Positions 29,608 through 38,126 of a stretch of DNA of 64,000 bases are shown here, one piece after another. Below the pieces are notes generated by a model. That model made no database searches, had not been told where the DNA came from, and was given only the letters and a program-made list of their open reading frames with translations. The translations under genes and the position numbers were made by a program. Source of the stretch: Desulfobacterales bacterium (lineage in GTDB: Bacteria > Desulfobacterota > Desulfobacteria > Desulfobacterales > UBA2245); contig JAXGZF010000003.1 of assembly GCA_040771865.1 (NCBI GenBank), positions 496,001 through 560,000 on the forward strand. The letters run 5' to 3'. The number at the start of each line of letters is the position of its first letter. The first letter of the stretch is position 1.

Positions 29608-31410
29608 ATGAAGACAGGTCTTAAATTTCAAATTACAGCCCGGCATCGGCAGGTTTTTGATCTGATCAGGCGCTACAAAATGGGGCTTTTCCTGGGAATG
29701 GCCTGCATGCTCCTGGTCGCGGCTTCCAGCGCGGTATCGGCGCTTTTGATCAAGCCGGTCATGGACGATATTTTTGTTAAGCAGGATATCGAGATGCTTC
29801 GGCTGATGCCCATCGTTGTGGTGATTGTTTTTTTCCTGCGGGGATTGGGGGATTACGGCCAGGAATACTACATGAATTATGTAGGCCAGCGGATCATCAA
29901 GGATCTTCGGGACAGGCTCTACGATCGGATTCTGGATCTGCCCCTGTCTTTTTTCCAGCAGGAGAGAACCGGGGTGTTGATGTCGCGGATCACCAATGAT
30001 GTCAATGTGATCCGGTCCATGGTGTCCACTGCGGTGACGAGCATCGTTCGTCACTTCTTTACCATTCTGGGACTGATTGTCGTGGTCCTTTACCGGGACT
30101 GGAAACTGGCCCTGTGCGCCCTGATCATCCTTCCCGTCGCCTTTTTCCCTGTCGTGGAGTTCGGCCGCCGGGTGAGGCGGGTCAGCCGAAGATGCCAGGA
30201 ATCCATGGCCGAGCTGAACAGCTTTCTGCACGAAACCTTTGCCGGCAGCAAGATCGTCAAAGCCTTCGGCATGGAGGATTTTGAAAAAAAGCGGTTTGTC
30301 GAAAAAACCGATGACCTGTTCGAGCTGGAGATCAAAACGGTCATCGCCAAGTCCCTATCCTCCCCGGTCATGGAGTTGCTGGGCGGTCTGGGAATTGCCT
30401 TTGTCGTCTGGTATGGCGGATACAGCGTGATCACCGGGGCTTCTACCCCCGGCACCTTTTTTTCCTTCATGGCGGCGGTTCTGATGCTCTATGACCCGGT
30501 TAAAAAGCTCAGCCGGCTGAACAACGCCGTTCAGGAGGGCCTGGCCGCAACGGACCGCGTGTTCGACATTCTGGAGAAGCAGTCGGATATTCAGGAAATA
30601 CAGAACCCGATCGAGCTGGTCGTTAAACCGCACCGGGTGCAGTTTGAAAAGGTGTTTTTTCAATACGACCGAAATCCGGTTTTGAAGGACATCGATCTGG
30701 ATGTTCAGCCTGGAGAGATTCTGGCGCTGGTCGGCATGAGCGGGGGCGGGAAGACCTCGCTGGTGAACCTGATTCCCCGGTTTTACGATGTGGCTGGAGG
30801 ACTGATTCGAATCGACGGCGTGGATATTCGGAATGCCTCCCTGTCATCCCTTCGCCGGCAGATCGCCGTGGTGACTCAGGAGCCGATTCTGTTTAACGAT
30901 ACGGTGGCCAGCAATATTGCCTACGGCAATCCCCACGCAGGAGAACAGGAGATCATTGAGGCGGCCAAGGCCGCTTATGCATTTGATTTTGTTGAAAAAT
31001 TTCCGAATGGATTCCATACGAACATCGGCGAGTTGGGCGGCAGGCTTTCCGGCGGCGAGAAGCAGCGCATCTGCATCGCACGGGCGCTTTTGAAAAACGC
31101 GCCGATCCTCATTCTGGACGAGGCCACATCCGCTCTGGACGCGGAATCCGAAATGTGGGTCCAGAAGGCTCTGGAAAATTTGATGAAGGGGCGAACTACC
31201 TTTGTGATAGCCCACAGGCTGTCGACGATTTCCTATGCGGACCGCATCGTGGTGCTGGTCAACGGACTAATCGTTGAACAGGGCCGCCACGAGGACCTCA
31301 TGGCCCTTGAAGGGGAATATTTTAAACTGTACCAGATGCAGTTCAGCAAGAACGCGGGAGTTGATCTCCCGGGCTGCATGCGGGTTCGTGTCGACTTGAA
31401 TGAAATATGA
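29608..31410 (+). CDS. msbA: Lipid A export ABC transporter
   Basis: TMD plus GMSGGGKT, LSGGEKQR, DEATSALD, IAHRLST; end of the lpx cluster. Confidence 0.88.
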   Translation: MKTGLKFQITARHRQVFDLIRRYKMGLFLGMACMLLVAASSAVSALLIKPVMDDIFVKQDIEMLRLMPIVVVIVFFLRGLGDYGQEYYMNYVGQRIIKDLRDRLYDRILDLPLSFFQQERTGVLMSRITNDVNVIRSMVSTAVTSIVRHFFTILGLIVVVLYRDWKLALCALIILPVAFFPVVEFGRRVRRVSRRCQESMAELNSFLHETFAGSKIVKAFGMEDFEKKRFVEKTDDLFELEIKTVIAKSLSSPVMELLGGLGIAFVVWYGGYSVITGASTPGTFFSFMAAVLMLYDPVKKLSRLNNAVQEGLAATDRVFDILEKQSDIQEIQNPIELVVKPHRVQFEKVFFQYDRNPVLKDIDLDVQPGEILALVGMSGGGKTSLVNLIPRFYDVAGGLIRIDGVDIRNASLSSLRRQIAVVTQEPILFNDTVASNIAYGNPHAGEQEIIEAAKAAYAFDFVEKFPNGFHTNIGELGGRLSGGEKQRICIARALLKNAPILILDEATSALDAESEMWVQKALENLMKGRTTFVIAHRLSTISYADRIVVLVNGLIVEQGRHEDLMALEGEYFKLYQMQFSKNAGVDLPGCMRVRVDLNEI

Positions 31411-32045
31411 TGCTTTTCATCATTCCAGCCGATGATTGAAAAAACCGCTGCCAGCAATCGGTTTTATACGCTGTGCAGAGCCGGCTATGGCTTGGGAACA
31501 GACCGCCTGGTCTGGCTGGAATTGATGAATGCCTTCGGCAGCTTGAATGGACGAGAGCCATCCGTAACATGCTGCGCGGTCCTGTCCGCCCTGGAAAAAA
31601 TCTTCGCCGGGTGAAAGGCGCCCTTCTGAAGAATGCAGGCCATTTGCATAACTGCTCCGTCTTGTTTTGAAAGCCGGCCATTCAGCAGCATTTTTGGAAC
31701 GATTCTGATGCTTCACTTGATAACCAACCGCTCGATAACCATGAGTGCTTTCTGATTTGTTCAAGGCGGCAGCCAGGGCAGCCGCAGCCGCGAAGCTGTG
31801 CACAAATGTTTCTCATGTTGAAAAAACTGCGCCATTGACGCGGGGAACAAATTTTTTACTTTTGTGTGCAGGAAATCCGAGCAACGCCGGCATACCGTTC
31901 AGCAGGATTGCCGATAGGCACCAAGCATATTCTGATCTTTTTCAGTTCCCTTGAAAGGCGATTCCGGTTTAATATCATATAAAGCATTTCACGAAACCGG
32001 GTTCATCGGCGATGAAACAGAAACCTTTTAATATAAGACTTTGAT

Positions 32046-33176
32046 ATGTTTGGAAAACGCATCGATCTGTTCAGAATTCTCGGTTTTGAAATACGGATTG
32101 ATTTGAGCTGGGTCATCATTGCGATTTTAATTGCCTGGTCTCTTTCAACCGGAGTCTTTCCCTTCCGGTATGAGGGCCTGTCCGTTCAAACCTACTGGAT
32201 CATGGGGATTGTGGGCGCTATCGGACTGTTTCTTTCCATCATCATTCACGAAATGTCGCATTCTCTGGTTGCCAGGAAATTTGGAATCAAGATCAAGGGG
32301 ATTACCCTTTTCATTTTCGGCGGTGTGGCGGAAATGAAGCAGGAACCGTCGAGTCCGAAAGCGGAGTTGATGATGGCGGCTGCCGGTCCTGCGTCAAGCA
32401 TCCTCCTGACGCTGATGTTTTATGCGATTTCGCAGCTTGCTGGAAATGCCGGATGGCCGGAGGCGGTCGATGGAGTTTTGAAATACCTGGCCTGGATCAA
32501 CGGAATGCTGGCCGTTTTCAATCTCGTTCCGGCATTTCCGCTGGACGGGGGGCGGATTCTCCGTTCGCTTCTCTGGGGCTGGAAAAACAATCTGAGATGG
32601 GCCACGCGGATTTCCGCCGGAATCGGGTCCGGATTCGGCCTTTTTCTCATATTCATCGGCGTTCTTCAGTTTTTCAGCGGAAACTTTATAGGCGGCATGT
32701 GGTGGTTTTTTATCGGCATGTTCCTTCGTGGCGCCGCGGGCATGTCGTACCGTCAGCTTCTGGTGAGAAGGGCGCTGGAAGGAGAGCCGGTCAGACGTTT
32801 CATGAAGACAAATCCCGTGACGGCATCCCCTTCGACCACTCTGGAAGAGCTTGTTGAGGATTTCATCTACCGGCACCAGTTCAAGATGTTTCCTGTTATA
32901 GACAAGGAAAATCAACTTCTTGGATGCGTAACGCTGAAAATGGTTAAAGCGATTCCGAGGCATGAATGGGGCCGGAAGACGGTGGGTGAGATCGTTCTGG
33001 GCTGTTCGCCTGAAAATACTATCGATTCGCAGGCGGATGCAATGGAAGCCCTGTCGCTCATGAACCGCACCGGCTCGAGTCGCATCATGGTCGTCGAGAA
33101 TAGTCGGCTGGTGGGCATTCTCAGCCTCAAAGACATGTTGAGCTTTCTGGATCTCAAAGTCGAGCTGGAACCGTGA
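32046..33176 (+). CDS. Site-2 protease (M50) with tandem CBS domains
   Basis: HEMSH zinc motif, FNLVPAFPLDGGR, C-terminal CBS pair. Confidence 0.93.
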   Translation: MFGKRIDLFRILGFEIRIDLSWVIIAILIAWSLSTGVFPFRYEGLSVQTYWIMGIVGAIGLFLSIIIHEMSHSLVARKFGIKIKGITLFIFGGVAEMKQEPSSPKAELMMAAAGPASSILLTLMFYAISQLAGNAGWPEAVDGVLKYLAWINGMLAVFNLVPAFPLDGGRILRSLLWGWKNNLRWATRISAGIGSGFGLFLIFIGVLQFFSGNFIGGMWWFFIGMFLRGAAGMSYRQLLVRRALEGEPVRRFMKTNPVTASPSTTLEELVEDFIYRHQFKMFPVIDKENQLLGCVTLKMVKAIPRHEWGRKTVGEIVLGCSPENTIDSQADAMEALSLMNRTGSSRIMVVENSRLVGILSLKDMLSFLDLKVELEP

Positions 33177-33561
33177 TGATCAAGATGGGTTGACAAGGCT
33201 TGGTGCAATCCATTCTCGGCAAGACCCTTTCAATTTTAAAAAACGGCCGGAAGCGCGCGTGGGCGCCTGTGGCGCATGTCAAAGGATTTGATCTGTGAAA
33301 AACGGGTAAAATTGACGGAAGCGGCCTGGGAGATTATCGCGCGATCGTTCCGGTTGCCTTGAATTTCGATTTCATTCCGCGGCGTTGAGGCGCGAGTTTT
33401 CATGGAGGCATTCGAAGCCGCCAGAATGAAGGCCGCTTCAACGGCTTTGCGGGCCTGAGCAGACAGGTTGAAGGACGAATCGAGGGTTTTGCCGGCCCAT
33501 CAGGGATTCGGTACAGAAAAAATGTTTTTGCCTTCCTTTTGATTTGGTTGCGGAGTCGATA

Positions 33562-34785
33562 ATGGCATCAGCTTCAGAGATGAAAAGAGAGGCCCCGCCT
33601 GTCTGGCAGTATGTTCCGATTGCCGATTACAGGCTTCCAGCCGCTCCGGTTATTCAAACCGCCCGAAACAGCCTCTCTGTTTTGCAGCGCCTGTTTAAAC
33701 GCGATGAAGCAGAACCGGACATTCTGCTCAGACAGGCGGATGAGCTGCGGATGCTGCCCCGGCGGCAGCTTGAGCGCATTGTCCCCGCTCTCGATTGGCA
33801 AAATGCGGCAGGAGAGCTAGATGCGCAACTGGCGGAGTGGCTGAAACAGGAAAGCCCTGAGCAGTCGATCATTTTTCTGGTTGGCCCGCCCCACAGCGGC
33901 TGTGTTGAAATTTTAACAACCTGGGCCGGGCAGCAGGCATGGCAGGTGCTGAAATCCCCTACCCCAGAACAGGTCATGGCCGGCGACGGCGCCTGGTTGT
34001 CTGACCTGAGAGACCAACGCAAGTGGGTATTGCCCGGTTTGGAAAAAGTCTATTTGCGCCATGCCGCTGGGCTGAACCTCATCCGCCACTTTCTGGACCT
34101 TGCCTGTTCCGGCAATTTGGGGCGCGGCATCATTGGCTGCGACAGCTGGGCCTGGGCCTTTCTCCGGCATGTCTGGCATGGCCGGCAGCCTGTAACGCTG
34201 GCGCCTCAGGCTTTCCAACAGACCCAACTGGTCGAAATTTTTCAGAGCATGGCCGATTCCGCTGACAACGGTCCGCTTCTTTTTCGTCAATCCGACAACG
34301 GGCGCTACGTGCTGCCGCCGCCCGAAACCAATGAGGGGCCTGCAAGGATGAGCAACTTTTTGCAGCTTCTGGCTGCACACAGCCGGGGAAATGTGGGGAT
34401 TTCCCGTGCCTTGTGGCGCGCCAGCCTGCGAACCGAACCGGATGTTGCGGACAATGAGGAAGTTGTAAAAGAAGACCGGAAGCAACTTAGCCGAACCATT
34501 TGGGTGGCGCCCTGGGGTCAGCTTAAATGTCCTTCGCTTCCTTCCGGTTCGGGGCGGGATGAGGCGTTTGTATTGCATACGCTGCTGCTGCATAATGGAA
34601 TGCCCGGTGAGCTCCTGCCGCGGTTTCTGCCCCTGTCGCCCAGCCGGACTATGGAAATGCTTTTCCGCCTGGAAGGCGCCGGATTGACGGCCAGACATTG
34701 CGACGATTGGAGGGTCACGCCGCTTGGCTATCCTGCTGTTCGGCAGTTTCTGCAGGCAAACGGATATCTGGTTGATCAATTCTAG
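33562..34785 (+). CDS. Hypothetical protein; degenerate P-loop NTPase-like with possible C-terminal wHTH
   Basis: Long ORF with GGAG RBS; IIFLVGPPHSG resembles Walker A without Lys; LAAHSRGNVG resembles a STAND/AAA GxP-type motif. Confidence 0.6.
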   Translation: MASASEMKREAPPVWQYVPIADYRLPAAPVIQTARNSLSVLQRLFKRDEAEPDILLRQADELRMLPRRQLERIVPALDWQNAAGELDAQLAEWLKQESPEQSIIFLVGPPHSGCVEILTTWAGQQAWQVLKSPTPEQVMAGDGAWLSDLRDQRKWVLPGLEKVYLRHAAGLNLIRHFLDLACSGNLGRGIIGCDSWAWAFLRHVWHGRQPVTLAPQAFQQTQLVEIFQSMADSADNGPLLFRQSDNGRYVLPPPETNEGPARMSNFLQLLAAHSRGNVGISRALWRASLRTEPDVADNEEVVKEDRKQLSRTIWVAPWGQLKCPSLPSGSGRDEAFVLHTLLLHNGMPGELLPRFLPLSPSRTMEMLFRLEGAGLTARHCDDWRVTPLGYPAVRQFLQANGYLVDQF

Positions 34786-34794
34786 GAGGAGAGC

Positions 34795-35607
34795 ATGAAC
34801 GGTTCGAGCGATGCTCTGGAATTTTTACGCGGTTTGATCTGGACCAATCTCACTCAGGTCGGGTTGATTGTGGTCGGCGCCTGGCTGTTGATTGCTTTAA
34901 GCAATCGATTTCTGCCATGGTTGGCCAACCGGATTTCCAGCCGGCATCGGCTCTTCTTGCTGGCATTGTTGCCGGCGTTGCGTTTGTTTATCATTGCCGT
35001 CTCTTTTATATTGATCGTTCCGCGTGTGATCGAGCCGACGTTTGAAAATCTGGTAGCCTTGTTCGGCGCCCTGGGACTGGCCGCGGGCTTTGCCTTGAAG
35101 GATTATGCCAGCAGTCTGGTCGCCGGCATTGTGACTCTTTATGAAGCGCCTTATCGTCCCGGCGACTGGATAAAAATCAATGGCGCTTACGGCGAGGTCA
35201 AATGCATCAACATGCGGTCCGTAGAAATCGTCACCCCGGATGATACCGTCGTCGTCGTCCCTCATCTGAAGTTATGGAACCAGCTTATTTTTAACGCCAA
35301 TGACGGCGGACGGAATTTGCAGTGCGTTGCCGATTTTTATCTTCATCCCCGCCACGATGCGGCGCAGGCCAGACATATGCTCTGTGATGTGGCACTGACC
35401 AGCGCTTTTGTGAACATGGAACAGGCGATTAATGTGGTAGTTCAGGAAAAGCCCTGGGGAACGCACTATCGCATCAGAGCCTATCCGGTTGACCCACGCC
35501 ATCAGTTTGATTTTATTTCCGATCTGACCGTGCGCGGCAAGGCGGCCCTGACCTGCCTGGACGTGGAGTTTGTCGCCATGCCTGCTATGGCGGAGATGGG
35601 CTCATGA
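34795..35607 (+). CDS. Small-conductance mechanosensitive channel family protein
   Basis: Three TM helices, GLAAGFALKD..SSLVAG, PYRPGDWIKI, GEVKCINMRS. Confidence 0.9.
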   Translation: MNGSSDALEFLRGLIWTNLTQVGLIVVGAWLLIALSNRFLPWLANRISSRHRLFLLALLPALRLFIIAVSFILIVPRVIEPTFENLVALFGALGLAAGFALKDYASSLVAGIVTLYEAPYRPGDWIKINGAYGEVKCINMRSVEIVTPDDTVVVVPHLKLWNQLIFNANDGGRNLQCVADFYLHPRHDAAQARHMLCDVALTSAFVNMEQAINVVVQEKPWGTHYRIRAYPVDPRHQFDFISDLTVRGKAALTCLDVEFVAMPAMAEMGS

Positions 35608-35811
35608 CCTTTCAGGTAAATTGTCGGCAATATAAAAAAGCTGATTGATATCGGAAACAATTTTGAAATCAAGGAAGTTACCGAGGGCGGTTGAGAGTCG
35701 GAGAGAAAACCGGGGACGGGCAAAGCGCTTGATCTCATTATTGAGCTTAGCCTGGCGCCTGTGAAATTTTATATTCTGTCGTGTATTATTGCCGCAAGAA
35801 GGGATTGATCC

Positions 35812-37227
35812 ATGAAACAGGTCAAGGATGTCATTATCATCGGTGCCGGCACCGCCGGGCTGACGGCTTTGCGCGAGGTCCGCAAGCGGACCGACAACTT
35901 CCTGCTGATCAATGACGGGCCTTACGGCACCACCTGTGCCAGGGTTGGCTGCATGCCTTCCAAGGCGCTTATCGAGGCGGCCAACGCCTTTCACCGCCGC
36001 CATGCATTCGAAGCGTTCGGCATTCGAGGCGGGGAGCGGTTGACCGTAGACCTGCCCTTTGTGTTGCGCCGGGTGCGCAAACTGCGCGATGATTTTGTAG
36101 CGCGCGTTCTCAAGGCCACCGAATCGCTGGGAGAACGCAACCTGGCGGGAAGGGCGCGACTGCTCGGTCCGGACGAGGTCGAAGTCGATGGACGCCGGTT
36201 TCAGGCAAGAAGCATCATCATCGCCACGGGCAGCCGCCCGGTGGTTCCAGATTCCTGGCGTTCATTCGGCAACCGCATTCTGACGACAGACACCCTTTTT
36301 GAACAGGAGACGCTGCCTTCGCGGATTGCGGTGATCGGGCTGGGGCCCATCGGAGTTGAACTCGCCCAGGCGCTTTCACGGCTGGGTATTCATATCGTTG
36401 GTTTCGATATGGCGCGAACGCTTGCCGGAATGAGCGACGAGTGGGTCCACGCGGCTTTCGCCGAGCTGCTTGGGCAGGAGCTGTCCTTTCACATGGAAGC
36501 TGCGGCATCCTTGTCGGAAACACCGGATGGAATCGAAATTCGAAGCGGTCAGATACGGGTAGTTGTCGACCAGGTGATTGCCGCCATGGGACGCCGTCCC
36601 AATATAGACGGCATCGGAATGGAAACCCTTGGCGTTGAACTGGATTCTCGAGGAATGCCGCCGATGGATTCAGCCACGATGCAGATCGATGATCTGCCGG
36701 TTTTTCTCGCCGGAGATGCGAACGGCCATGCCGCCCTGCTGCACGAGGCTGCCGACGAGGGGCATATCGCCGGTTTTAACGCGACGGCCGAACGCATTCA
36801 ATGCTTCAAACGGCGCACGCCGCTGGGGATTATTTTTTCGGATCCCGGTATAGCCAGGGTCGGGCAGCGGTTTGCGGAACTGGACCTGTCTGATACATTG
36901 ATCGAAGGGGTCAGATTCGCCGGTCACGGCCGAGCCCGCACCGCGGAGCGCAACAAAGGGATGATGCGAATTTATGCCAGCAGGGAAAACGGCCGGCTGC
37001 TGGGCGCTGAAATGTGCGTGCCCGCTGCTGAACATATGGCGCAGCTGCTGGCGCTGGCCATCGAATGTAAACTGACGGTTAACGAGCTGTTGCGGATGCC
37101 GTTCTATCATCCGGTTTTCGAGGAAGGGGTGCGTGCGGCGCTGAAGAAGATTGCCTCCAAGCTTCCCTCTGACAGGATGCCGGATCTGGCTGTCTGCGAT
37201 TCCATTCAATCCGAAGCATTGGATTGA
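35812..37227 (+). CDS. Dihydrolipoyl dehydrogenase-like pyridine nucleotide-disulfide oxidoreductase
   Basis: GAGTAG, TCARVGCMPSK, IATGSRP, GLGPIGVE, YHPVFEE. Confidence 0.9.
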   Translation: MKQVKDVIIIGAGTAGLTALREVRKRTDNFLLINDGPYGTTCARVGCMPSKALIEAANAFHRRHAFEAFGIRGGERLTVDLPFVLRRVRKLRDDFVARVLKATESLGERNLAGRARLLGPDEVEVDGRRFQARSIIIATGSRPVVPDSWRSFGNRILTTDTLFEQETLPSRIAVIGLGPIGVELAQALSRLGIHIVGFDMARTLAGMSDEWVHAAFAELLGQELSFHMEAAASLSETPDGIEIRSGQIRVVVDQVIAAMGRRPNIDGIGMETLGVELDSRGMPPMDSATMQIDDLPVFLAGDANGHAALLHEAADEGHIAGFNATAERIQCFKRRTPLGIIFSDPGIARVGQRFAELDLSDTLIEGVRFAGHGRARTAERNKGMMRIYASRENGRLLGAEMCVPAAEHMAQLLALAIECKLTVNELLRMPFYHPVFEEGVRAALKKIASKLPSDRMPDLAVCDSIQSEALD

Positions 37228-37351
37228 ATGACTTTCTTCTTGCCGCCAATTGATAAAGTCCGAAGGCCAAGGCAGTCCAGGATTGTTTACGCGAACCGCT
37301 GGACCCTGCGGTGAGGATTTCCTCGATCTGGCGCATGATGAAGGGAATTGC

Positions 37352-38056
37352 ATGAAAGAAAACAAACATGCCCGCAGGTTGTGCGAAGAAAAACGGCACT
37401 CCCTGGAAGAGGAGGCGGTCTTTAAGGAGCTTCAAAGCCGTCCGGACGGCCTGGATGACGGCGAAACAGCCGAGCGTCTCCGGTTCTACGGGCCGAATTC
37501 CCTGCCGGTCAAGGCGCCTTCGACTGCCTGGGCCGTCCTGCTGAATCAGGCGCTCAACCCTTTGATCTTCATTCTGCCGGCCGCCGCTGTGGCGTCCTTG
37601 GCCATCGGCGAGGGTGCTGATGCTGTATTCATTTTGGTCGTTATTTCTTTGAACAGCGGTCTGGGCGCCTATCCGGAATATCAGGCCGAAAAGAGCGTTC
37701 CCAGCCTTCGGCGACTGCTGAAAATCAAGGCAAGTATGCGTCGCATCGGCCAGGAACGCCAAATTCCTTCGGAAAATGTGCATGTATTCAACTGCCGGTC
37801 CGAGAAGGTCTCCGCATTCAGGATTCCCATACGGCGCAATTTGATTGTTGTTTTCGGCGTTCTGGCGGCTCAGGGCATTCATGTTCTGAGCATGCACGCA
37901 CCCCTTTATGCAGAGCGTTCTTGGCGCCATCCGGTTCGGTTTAGCCAGTGGCTTTTTGCCCTGGCGCGTGTGCTGGTCGTTCTGATGGTTATGGAGGTGT
38001 TCAAACGGATCGCGAGGGGGACGGAAAGCAGCGGCCTAACCGAAGTTTTTGCTTAG
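37352..38056 (+). pseudogene. Cation-transporting P-type ATPase with large internal in-frame deletion
   Basis: N-terminal GLDDGETAERLRFYGPNSLP plus TM1-2 joined directly to C-terminal NVHVFNCRSE...; no TGES, DKTGT or GDGxND. Confidence 0.85.
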
Positions 38057-38126
38057 AAACGCAGTGGAAACGATCACGTCCGAAAACATTTTAAAGGGTG
38101 AAGACATATAAAGGAGGAGCGTTGTT

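Noticed and set aside
31411..32045. Small ORFs or ncRNA in the 635-bp gap after msbA
   Set aside because: Short ORFs lack motifs and convincing RBS; no RNA family or repeat recognised by eye. An Rfam or BLAST search could still find something.
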